Assembly: GCF_006345805.1 (NCBI RefSeq)
Contig: NW_021824952.1
Span: 1-16,940 of the forward strand
Length of the DNA: 16,940 nucleotides
Origin: Octopus sinensis
Taxonomy: Eukaryota
Reading direction: 5' to 3'
Made by a program: the position numbers and the translations under genes. The notes beneath the pieces are model-generated. The model was not told the origin of the DNA. It saw only the letters and a program-made list of their open reading frames with translations, and made no database searches. This document shows, piece after piece, positions 8,441-16,940 of this stretch (position 1 is its first letter; each line of letters begins with the position of its first letter).

Positions 8441-9626
8441 CAGAGTGCGGACGGTATTTGAGGACAGATTTATGGTTTAAAAAAATGTTTATATAATAAC
8501 AGAAAAAAACTGTATTTTTATAAAAGTAACATAAACATAAAGCTAAATTATCAATTTAATAATTTCATTGAATAAAACCACCACAAGCATCAATGACTGC
8601 CTCGACTCGGGGTCGAAGTCCTTTACAAGCTCAGATTAAGTGGTCCTTGTTCGTACTGGACATAACTCGAACTATGGCGGCTTTCAAATAATCTTTGGTG
8701 CTATGGGGTTGTTCGTTGACATTTTTCTCAACAATGCTCATTACATAGTAGCCCAGTGGACTGAGATCTGGAGAATTAGGAGGCCAAATGTTGGGGATGA
8801 TGTGATCATGCAAATTTTCAGCCATCCATTCTTGTGTCATTTGGGCCTTGTGTGATGGTGCAGAATCTTGTTGAAAGACATAAGGTCTTCATTGCATACA
8901 CTGTTGATCCGCAGCAGCATTCACCCTAAGGCCTTGTGGAAAAAAGTGAGGAGGCATCACATGTTCTTCATTGCTAACAACAGCCAAAACCATGATATAT
9001 TTAGGAATTTTGCGTGCATTACACTTGTAACCACAGAAGGGTCTATGCATAGCCATTAGTAATTTCTTCTGCTAGTTTTCTGGTCCTGGTCAAAGTTTTT
9101 GTCATCTGAGAAAAAAAACACCATCTTCTGATGGACTTTTATATTTGTTCTTTAGTTTTTTCTGACATGAATTGACCTCTTCTCATCACTTAAGATTTGT
9201 CTCTGATGTCTTCATGCATAACATTTCTGATTGTTTTTTACTGAGACACCATATTTGTTTGCAATTGATATCATTGATTTTCCTGGTTTGTCTTCAATGT
9301 TTTGCTTAACTTCGTGAATAAATTCAAGAGTCCTGATAGAATCAGAGAGTTTGGAATGTCTTTTTTACGTTTTGATACGTGTAATACGATTCCATCTTCT
9401 TTCTCTATTTCACACCGAATCTTGTAGACACAAGATCTTGCAACTTTCAGAAAACGAGAAATTTCTAAATCACCATGTTTAGCCTTCAAAGCCACAGCTT
9501 GCCTTTTCATTTCATTAGTAAGCATAGCACCTGTCATTGTTATTTTCTGAAAAAGAAATTCAATAGAAATTAGTCAAATCAAATAATGACTAGAAATGCA
9601 TGTCCTCAAATACCGTCTGCACACTG
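8441..9626 (-). mobile_element. Tc1/mariner-superfamily DNA transposon, DD37D (maT) family, full length and inactive
   Basis: 26-bp TIRs at 8441-8466 (cagagtgcggacggtatttgaggaca) and 9601-9626 (reverse complement cagtgtgcagacggtatttgaggaca), 24/26 identical. A decayed transposase lies between them. The TA target duplication is not intact (flanks tc and ag). Confidence 0.93.
8565..9537 (-). pseudogene. DD37D transposase pseudogene
   Basis: MTGAMLTNEMKRQAV...FFSDDKNFDQD...FPQGLRVNAAA[deletion]..RPYVFQQDSAPSHKAQMTQEW...WPPNSPDLSPLGY...GGFIQ*. I count 37 residues between the QQD aspartate and the third catalytic position, which reads G (GGC, one change from GAC). It has stops, frameshifts and an internal deletion of about 30 bp. 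Confidence 0.9.
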
Positions 9627-9644
9627 AGCATATATGTATATAAT

Positions 9645-9915
9645 CCTAATCTCCCAATTTTCCCCTTCTATCAATTTTCACAGAACACCTCATACAGCAA
9701 AGAATGAATAAAGAGGCAACTTTTATCAATAAATATCTTTCACAACTCAATACGAATGCATAAGCTAATGCAGAACGCTACTAACCTTTCAATTAATACC
9801 ATTAACCCCCATAATCCCCTACACTATTCACATTACAGCATTATATCTACCCTAATTGCACCAAATCCAGAACTACTTACCTCCCTTACACATAATCTTT
9901 TTACTCAGGGACAGG
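9645..9915 (+). mobile_element. LINE apurinic-endonuclease (APE) domain fragment, clade uncertain (I/Jockey-group-like)
   Basis: Frameshifted PNLPIFPFYQF-HRTPHTAKNE*RG-ATFINKYL...IHITALYLP..PNPELLTSLTHNLFTQG resembles the APE motifs FPNY..DR...GGVAxFI, IxxxYxPP and LxxGDFN. Confidence 0.5.
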
Positions 9916-10345
9916 TAGACCCGACACCGTTCGGTTATCGGTGAGCATTCAAAGCCAGTGAACAGTAATTTACGAAACCGTTATGCCTTTGAATCTCTTT
10001 AGCAATTCAGAGTAATGACTTTTATTACTATTATTCCTACCTCAGTTCATTAATTGTATATATCTACCGTTACTTTTCATAAAAAAGCCTTCACATTTTT
10101 TTTATTTCCAATGTGCATTTTCGCTTTTTTTTTCTTCTTACTCTCCCGCTATATATATATACACACACACACACATACATATATATATATTTATAGTCAC
10201 ACATTTTGTGTGTGTGTGCATACACTCTTGCGTACGTGCACATATATGAAGAGTTATCATAATTCAATTATGCGCATGATTTTGCTATTGGATTACCTAC
10301 ATATGAAGATATCATAAAACAGTTTTCTATCCTCTGACACAGGAT

Positions 10346-10490
10346 TACTCACTTTTGCCTAGTGGGTGGCCTAGAACAACGTGAAATGAAGTTAAGTGCT
10401 GCACAGGAACTCAACGCTCTGCCCGTGCGGTAAGCGATACTTCAATCTTACGATCACGAGAGCAAGACTCTTACCATTAAGCTACATACC
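10346..10490 (-). mobile_element. SINE family 2 head plus CORE-like region, decayed
   Basis: The reverse complement gives tgtagcttaatggtaagagt...cgtgatcgtaagattgaag...gcgttgagttcc...ttcatttcacgttgttctagg...ggcaaaagtgagt, with an A-box-like start. It is homologous to the first half of 5831-6137. Confidence 0.68.
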
Positions 10491-10496
10491 TCGACA

Positions 10497-10716
<220 letters not shown>

Positions 10717-10736
10717 TCTGTGTGTGTATGTGTATG

Positions 10737-10767
<31 letters not shown>

Positions 10768-10799
10768 ATATACACTCACACACGCATACATATATGTGC

Positions 10800-10854
<55 letters not shown>

Positions 10855-10895
10855 ACATAGATGTATGTATATATGTATGTATATATATATATGAT
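10717..10895. repeat. (TG)/(TA)/(CA) microsatellite tract
   Basis: Directly visible. Confidence 0.92.
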
Positions 10896-11229
10896 TATTA
10901 TTATAAATTCGCAGACAATATTCAAAACTAATAAATGGTAATACAAAAAATGATAAAATATTACGCTAATAATAATAAAACCGGCAACAATAACAACTAC
11001 AACTACAATAATTGCAGCAAAAGAAGAATTAATAATAAAAAAAAGAAAAAAACAAATCATTGGGATTCTGATAGATATAATAAGATCTTTAACTACAGTC
11101 CAAAACCTCACAAACTCAATAACCAAACACGAACAACGAAAACAGAAAACGAAAAACAAAAACCGAAAAACGAAACCACAAAACCTCAAGTAGTTATGAA
11201 GGAAATGAAATAATTATGGCTGTAGCATA

Positions 11230-11690
11230 TAGTGTGAAACATAGTGTATGTATGAAGATATATAGTTTTGTGTGTATGTATGTATGTATATGTATGTATG
11301 TCATTGTATATTTGTGTGCGTGTGCATAGATATATGATTGCACACAAACTCTCACACACACACGAGTCCACATACACACACACACAACATATATATATAT
11401 TTGTATACGTATATAATATATACATATATATACATAACGAGTATATGTTTTGTTGTGCCCTAAGTATATAATAAATCTCTTGTATCCTATCAAATCTAGA
11501 AATCTACAATCAATGCGTAGACATATCTAGAGTTGTGTATGCGTGTGTGTCTGTATGTGTGTGTGTGTGTGAGTGTTTGTGCATGTAAGCGCAAATAACA
11601 TATACGCACATACTCATACAAATCCACATGCACACACATACACATATATACATTTCATATTTGTATATACGCTTGTACATACACACATTT
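11230..11690. repeat. Degenerate (TG)/(CA)/(TA) low-complexity tract
   Basis: Directly visible. Confidence 0.85.
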
Positions 11691-11729
11691 TGTGATTTGC
11701 TTCTTTGTTATTTGACATTATCGTTAACA

Positions 11730-11745
11730 CCATCAACATGATAAC

Positions 11746-11802
<57 letters not shown>

Positions 11803-11885
11803 AATCATCAACACCATCATACCCGCCATCATCATCGCCATCATTAGCGTCGTCGTTAACATCATTAATGTCGCCATTATAATTA
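11730..11885. repeat. (CAT)n trinucleotide repeat with a decayed 3' flank
   Basis: Directly visible; it is the source of the poly-Ile and poly-Met pseudo-ORFs. Confidence 0.95.
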
Positions 11886-11949
11886 GACTTGAACCATGCG
11901 ACGCATTGCTACAAGGCGTTCCCTCGCCGAGATACAAAGATTTTGCGAT

Positions 11950-12030
11950 TTTATGGTAGCTGCGTTCTACAAGTTATCAATTACTGGGTTGCGAGGTCGA
12001 ATCTCACTGAAGTCAGTTGTACTGTTATCA
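11950..12030 (+). mobile_element. Possible decayed tRNA-like SINE head
   Basis: A-box-like tggtagctgcg and B-box-like ggtcgaatctc at tRNA-like spacing; no clear body. Confidence 0.3.
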
Positions 12031-12091
12031 CAAACTGTCTACAGCAGTCACCTATTATTATCGATTACATGTAATGACATCTCTCTCAATT

Positions 12092-12122
<31 letters not shown>

Positions 12123-12189
12123 TACTTTCTGATTTTCTCTTTCTTCATTTGTCCGACTCCCTAACGATTCTGTCAGAACGCTCACGACG

Positions 12190-12355
12190 GCAACAACAAC
12201 AACAACAACAACAACAGCAGCAGCAGCAGCAGTGGCACTAGCAGCAGCAGCAATAACAAGTGTAACAATGAGAATAACAACAGCATCAAGAATGTTAACA
12301 ATAATAACAAGAGCAACAATTTCAAAAACAGTAACTCAAACAATAACAATAACCA
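12190..12355. repeat. (CAA)n(CAG)n with decayed (AAC/AAT) continuation; (CT)n upstream at 12100-12122
   Basis: Directly visible. The poly-Q frame is closed by TAG at 12239-12241 and no exon context is evident. Confidence 0.93.
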
Positions 12356-12439
12356 ATGTGTGGCCATGTGCCCAAGAGTCACGAATTTTAACCCCTATAA
12401 CATTCTAATATCAGCACTTGACTCTAATTTCGATTCTCA

Positions 12440-12510
12440 ATAAATTTGCCGAGTGTTTTGAGGTCAATATAAATCGATTATATACACCCGTCTCCAATCA
12501 AATATTGACT
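12440..12510 (+). mobile_element. Decayed 3' fragment of SINE family 3
   Basis: gagtgttttgaggtcaatataaatcgattatatacacccg resembles aagtactaaggtccattaaatcgactacaccac at 13908-13940. Confidence 0.4.
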
Positions 12511-12529
12511 TGAGACTAAATAAAATTAA

Positions 12530-12942
12530 TGTGTGGTAAGTAGCTTGCTTACCAACCACATGGTTCCGGGTTCATTCCCACTGCGTAGCACCCTGGACAA
12601 GTGTCTTCTACTCTAGCCTCGGGCCGACCAAAGCCTTGTGAGTGGATTTGGTAGACGGAAACTGAAAGAAGCCCGTATATATGTATGTATATATATATGT
12701 GCGTGTGTGTGTGTGTTTGTGTGCCTGTGTTTGTCCCCACAAATCGCTTGACAACCGATGCTGGTATGTTTACGTCCCGTAACTTAGCGGTTTGGCAATA
12801 GAAATCGATGGAATAAGTACTAGGCTTCCAAAGAATAAGTCCTGGAGTCGATTTGCTCGACTAAATGCGATACTCCAACATGGTCGCAGTCAAATGACTG
12901 AAACAAGTAAAAGAGAGTAAAAAAGAGAGAGTAAAAGAGTAA
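12530..12942 (+). mobile_element. SINE family 1, copy E (well preserved, first ~15 nt missing)
   Basis: gtgtggtaagtagcttgcttaccaaccacatggttccgggttcattccc...gaaagaagcccg, (TA)(TG), cttgacaaccgatgctgg...gcagtcaaatgactgaaacaagtaaaagag, ending in (AGTAAAAG)-type tail repeats. Confidence 0.95.
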
Positions 12943-12944
12943 TG

Positions 12945-13090
12945 AAAGCTCCTAATTTAAAGCAGAAGCACAGCAATTTTTAAGAAGAAAGGGTTTGTTA
13001 ATACTCCGATCCCGGTACTTCACTGGTACTTTATTTGATCGGCCTCGAAATTTTGAATGGCACAATTGATCACTGCGGGAATTAAACCTA
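12945..13090 (-). mobile_element. SINE family 3, decayed copy
   Basis: cagcaatttt...ccgatcccggtacttcactggtactttatttgatcggcctcgaaa...tgaatggcacaattgat parallels 13600-13753 and the reverse complement of 13780-13976. Confidence 0.6.
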
Positions 13091-13174
13091 AAACTTTGAA
13101 AAGACCAGAACCAATACTACAAAGTACTTTTCCCGTCCTTTTAACGATTCCTTTAGCTCACGAACAGCAATAAT

Positions 13175-13310
13175 AATTTCTTGCAATCTTAGCACAAAGC
13201 CAGAAATTTTATGGAAGAGGTAAGTTGAGTACATCGATTCCAGTGTTCGACTGTTTCTTATTTTATCGACTCCGAAATGACGAAAAGCAAAGTTGACATT
13301 GATCGATATA
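13175..13310 (-). mobile_element. SINE family 3, decayed copy
   Basis: gcacaaagccagaaatttt...agttgagtacatcgattccagtg...cttattttatcgactccgaaatgacgaaaagcaaagttgac parallels 13610-13670. Confidence 0.72.
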
Positions 13311-13599
13311 ATAGAATATATCGTATCCATTCAAAATATGTGATATTCTATGACATTTTGCCTATTTTTTAAAAATCACTATTCACTATTCTCATCATCA
13401 ACTATGTTATTTCAACAGCTTCCGGTCGGTCAGTTTTCTGCTGCACTCTCTGGCGTGCCGCCATATTCGTGGACTTGCGTTTCGGTGTTAAATCTGGTTG
13501 TGTTTTCTAATGGTCTTGGTGTTTAATATTGGTGGTTAGTAGAATTCTTTGAGCGTAGAACAATATCTTCTGAAGTGCTTGAGTTCGTTACATTCCGAG

Positions 13600-13753
13600 A
13601 CGATTAATTCGATTCCAGTGCCCAACTGGTATTTATTTCATCGTCTCCGAAAGAATGAAAGGCAAAGTCGGCTTCGGCGGCCTTTAAACATAGAACGTAA
13701 AGACAAACGAATTACTACTAAGCATTTTGTCCGACGTGCTTATGATCCAGCCT
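13600..13753 (-). mobile_element. SINE family 3 copy including the head
   Basis: tcgattccagtgcccaactggtatttatttcatcgtctccgaaagaatgaaaggcaaagtcggcttcggcgg...agaacgtaaagac...taagcattttgtccgacgtgct. Confidence 0.8.
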
Positions 13754-13779
13754 TACTTCTATAAGAAATAATGAAGAGG

Positions 13780-13976
13780 AATGTTAGAACTGCTAGAGTA
13801 CCGGACTTATAGTATTTGTTTCGGCTCTTTATATTCCAGCCTTAGATCCCGCCAAAGCAAAATTTGGCTTTTATCCTTTCGAGATCGATATGATAAAGAA
13901 CCATTCAAGTACTAAGGTCCATTAAATCGACTACACCACTCCCTAAATATCTGGTCACGTGTCTGTGTTAGAAACA
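13780..13976 (+). mobile_element. SINE family 3 copy in the opposite orientation
   Basis: gctagagtaccggac...tctttt...cccgccaaagcaaaatttggcttttatcctttcgagatcgat...aagtactaaggtccattaaatcgactacacc...gttagaaa is a diverged reverse complement of 13600-13753. Confidence 0.72.
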
Positions 13977-14310
13977 ACCTGAATTGTTTTAGACCTTACT
14001 TCAATGTTTGAGATCCTTATTAAGTCACAGAAGAACATTATACGGCAAGAGATCATTTGCATACAAGCCAGTTTTAATGCAAGTCTCAGTTCCATTTAAA
14101 ATCATTTTACACAGGGAAAATACATGAACATCACAGCATTTCACAATTTTCACCTGTAACAGCATCGTTTTGTACAACAACCGTGCTAATTAGGCGCTAG
14201 AAAAAGAGAGTTACATTTACAAGAGATAGCAGCTAAATTTCTTCCATACCACACCTACTTGTCTTATACAAAGATGGATGCATTTGGTAAGGTAATTTGA
14301 AATATACAAT

Positions 14311-14530
14311 ACTCTTTACTCTTTTACTCTTTTACTTGTTTCAGTCATTTGACTGCGGCCATGCTGGAGCACAGCCCTTAGTCGAGTAAATCGACCCCAG
14401 AACTTATTCTTTGTAAGCCTAGTACTTATTCTATCGTTTTCTGTTGCCGAACCGCTAAATTACGGAGACGTAAACACCCCAGTATCGGTTGTCAGGCGAT
14501 GTTAGGGGGACAAACACAGACACACAAACG

Positions 14531-14582
<52 letters not shown>

Positions 14583-14746
14583 CGAAGGGCTTCTTTCAGT
14601 TTCCGTCAACCAAATCCACTCACAAGGCTTTGGTCGGCCCGAGTTTATAGTAGGAGACACTTACCCAAGGTGCCACGCAATGGGACTGAACCCGGAACCA
14701 TGTTGTTCGTAAGCAGGCTACTTACCACACAGCCACCCCTACGCCT
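14311..14746 (-). mobile_element. SINE family 1, copy F (full length, well preserved)
   Basis: The plus strand shows the tail (CTTTTACT)n, cagtcatttgactgcggccatgctgg, ccgaaccgcta, (CA)n(TA)n, gggcttctttcagtttccgtc and cccggaaccatg...cttaccacacagccacccctacgcct. No TSD was found. Confidence 0.95.
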
Positions 14747-15149
14747 ATAAAATACCTTCAAAAATATAACAGAGGGATTATCTCTGGAATGTTTTTGACT
14801 ATGTGTTTGATTCATCAGAGACGATCTCAATTAAATAACGAAGGCTAATGCTTATTTAACTGAAATCATAGTCGTTTCTGACATAGGCTTAAGTGTTTAA
14901 TATCTCTCGCACCATCAAATTGTGAGCGTGTGCCTATATTAGTGTTGATTACAACAACGGCGAAATATCAATCGCAATTTGTTATGGCACTGTAACTCTG
15001 TATTTGGAACATCCTGTTCAGCATTGAATTATCCATATCCTTGAATTACTGGTGTAAACAGCCAGAATTTACCAGAAGGGCGAATCACCAGTCCTTCCGC
15101 AGGAATAAAATAAGTGCCCCCTTCTCATTTCCCTCGACCACCCACTCTT

Positions 15150-16900
15150 CAAATAACTAGTTAAATATGCTGGCCATCAGCGAGACCATAATTCATGAAA
15201 CTCAAGTCTACGCAGCCATCTTCGACTGTTATGAGATATATACTTGTTCAAGTTGCCCAAGATCTAGAAGTGGAGTCACAATGAATATTATCTTTGTAGA
15301 CGCATTAAGAAATCAGTAGTGCAGGACGTTACCAACAGCGGAGGCTGTATCTTGACACTAGTAGCCGTCTACCCTCCTACAGATGCGAGGTAACCACATA
15401 TTTTAGGGCGTCTACAGACTTCCCCAGGAACGTCTTGCTCTTTGGTGCTAATTGTAGATCAGAATGGTGTCTTGAATGCACTCTGAGAATGTATGGAGCT
15501 AGACATTAGGTTTCAAATCTGGTAAGACTTTTCAACTGTCTGACAGGTATCGACTAGATTTTCCGAATGTGCCAATGTTGACTGGTACAAATCACATAGT
15601 TTCATCCAGATCATATATCAATAAAGTTTCTTTAGGGTAGATGATAATGATGGCAGAGGCTCTTTACAATTCAAGACGTCGGCCACACAGACATATTTTG
15701 ATGTGTTTTTTCGATCAAGGTAGACTTCAAAGACCAAGATTCGGTTACTGAAATCTGAACATACATTTCCCGGCACAATTGAAGTAGGAAGCTGTTGTCA
15801 GTGCTAAGGTGCTTTCACGAAGGAACGCAAGCGGTTTTCCAAGCCCAAATCGCAGTGGTGGGGCATGGTAAAAAAAGCTACAATTCTGTCTTTCATGGAC
15901 CATATAAAGATCATACTACTTCATCCCAAGTAGATTTTTCAGTAGTACTTTGCTCAAATTTGGGACAAATGATGGGCCAGATCACACTTAACTGCAAATC
16001 TTGACGGCCTACCTCGAGTTGCAACCATGGAAGCGTTGCGATGTGAAAAGCTGACAGAAGCCACATAAATACGGGACACAATGGCTAGCTGCTTCAGAAG
16101 TTACTCGCCGCTTTTAATGATTTATCCTATTTGCTTTTTGTCTTTAAGCTTGTCGTTTTCGGTGGTTTGTTGGCATATATCTAACATAACTAGCAGCAGA
16201 AAGTAAAATCTCTGTTGAGAGGTGGTAGAGCTTCGAAGAAAGGTCACGAAAGAGGTACCCTATTGGTAAGTTTTGACTCTTTGTTGAATGTCCTTTTCAA
16301 AATTTTGTCGATGGTTTAGCGAAAGCGTTGGTGATTGTAGTTCGTAAGTTGATTGTTGATGCGACATCTCTGACTGATCTTCCTGCGACAACCTCCGGCT
16401 CATGCAATATACAAGAGAAGGCGGGCAAAGGATCGAGTATAAGTAGGTCTCTGATCAACATAGATTGATTAAATACTGTCGACAGGGTCTACCCTCACTA
16501 TTTTGTGGCTCTCTTCCAAAGCAACCGGTTTCCGTCACGTCATCAAAAGCTAGATCAATGTAAAATAGTGAAACCTGCTCAGTGCTTACAGTGAATGGCC
16601 ATCTATCGGAAATATTCAAAGATTCGCTCCGTCAATGCTGTGCTCTCCCGTGTCTCTTCTGTGTGTAATGATTCTTGAGCGACTACAGCGGAAACTAGAG
16701 GCTTTGAGGATCGCCTCGGAGACCAAAGACATTGAGATGGTCGGACGCTCCATGGAAGTAGGCAAGAGAAACAGGAGTCAATATCAACTAAATTGGTAGG
16801 CCTGCAAAGGTAGATTTATTAGCATTTGTAGAGTGATGGACAACCAGATAAAATTCTTTCATCTAGATCTTTAGGTGGAGAACTGGAACCATGTTACGAT
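15150..16900 (+). mobile_element. L1-superfamily (Tx1-like) LINE ORF2 relic: APE, linker and RT
   Basis: Frameshifted motifs occur in order: MLAISET, TLVAVYPP, LVLIVDQNGVLN (cf. GDWNAxLD), FQLSDRYRLDFPNVPMLT..SRSYINKV, GHTD, GY*NLN (cf. GYWKFN), LDGLPRV..CEK...SYSP (cf. KSPGxDG), LINID*LNTVDRV (cf. INLDQSKAFDRV), VNGHLSE..LRQCCAL (cf. VRQGCPLSP) and DL*VENWNHV. It ends abruptly at about 16900. Confidence 0.88.
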
Positions 16901-16940
16901 ATGTATATATGTGGGTAGTCAGTTAAGTATTTCAGCCCTA

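Noticed and set aside
10935-11213. N/K-rich 92-aa ORF, and a faint resemblance of 11055-11130 to an R4 REL fragment
   Set aside because: Low-complexity A-rich sequence. The similarity (tgggattctga) is too weak to call.
11614-12382. Poly-Met, poly-Ile, poly-Gln and poly-Leu ORFs
   Set aside because: Trinucleotide repeat artefacts with no splice or domain context.
14160-14305. Possible fragment of another octopus interspersed repeat
   Set aside because: It rests only on vague recall, with no second copy in the window to support it.
14840-15150. Possible ORF1 or inter-ORF region of the Tx1-like LINE
   Set aside because: The position fits but no motif was recognised.
15795-16004. 69-aa ORF
   Set aside because: It lies within the decayed LINE ORF2 linker and is not an independent gene.

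Overview
Repeat-saturated eukaryotic genomic DNA with no recognisable host protein-coding exon, rRNA, true tRNA or CRISPR array. The SINE families match what I recall of Octopus (coleoid cephalopod) repeats, so an octopus intergenic or intronic origin is an inference from memory, not a database result. The window is a mosaic of decayed mobile elements separated by microsatellites: about 14 SINE copies or fragments from three tRNA-derived families; two Penelope-like element relics (1-1240 +, 7325-8150 -); a non-autonomous Helitron in a (TA)n tract with a CpG-rich core and an 81-aa ORF (4536-5050); a 5'-truncated R4/Dong-clade LINE with a (TAA)n tail (6468-7091); a full-length but dead DD37D maT transposon with 26-bp TIRs (8441-9626); a LINE APE fragment (9645-9915); and a Tx1/L1-clade ORF2 relic (15150-16900). 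Nearly all ORFs in the supplied track are translations of microsatellites. I see no convincing novel multi-gene system. The best leads are the Helitron cargo, a covarying 3' stem-loop in the SINE tails and several inverted SINE pairs. All alignments and counts were done by eye, and boundaries are approximate unless exact motifs are quoted.
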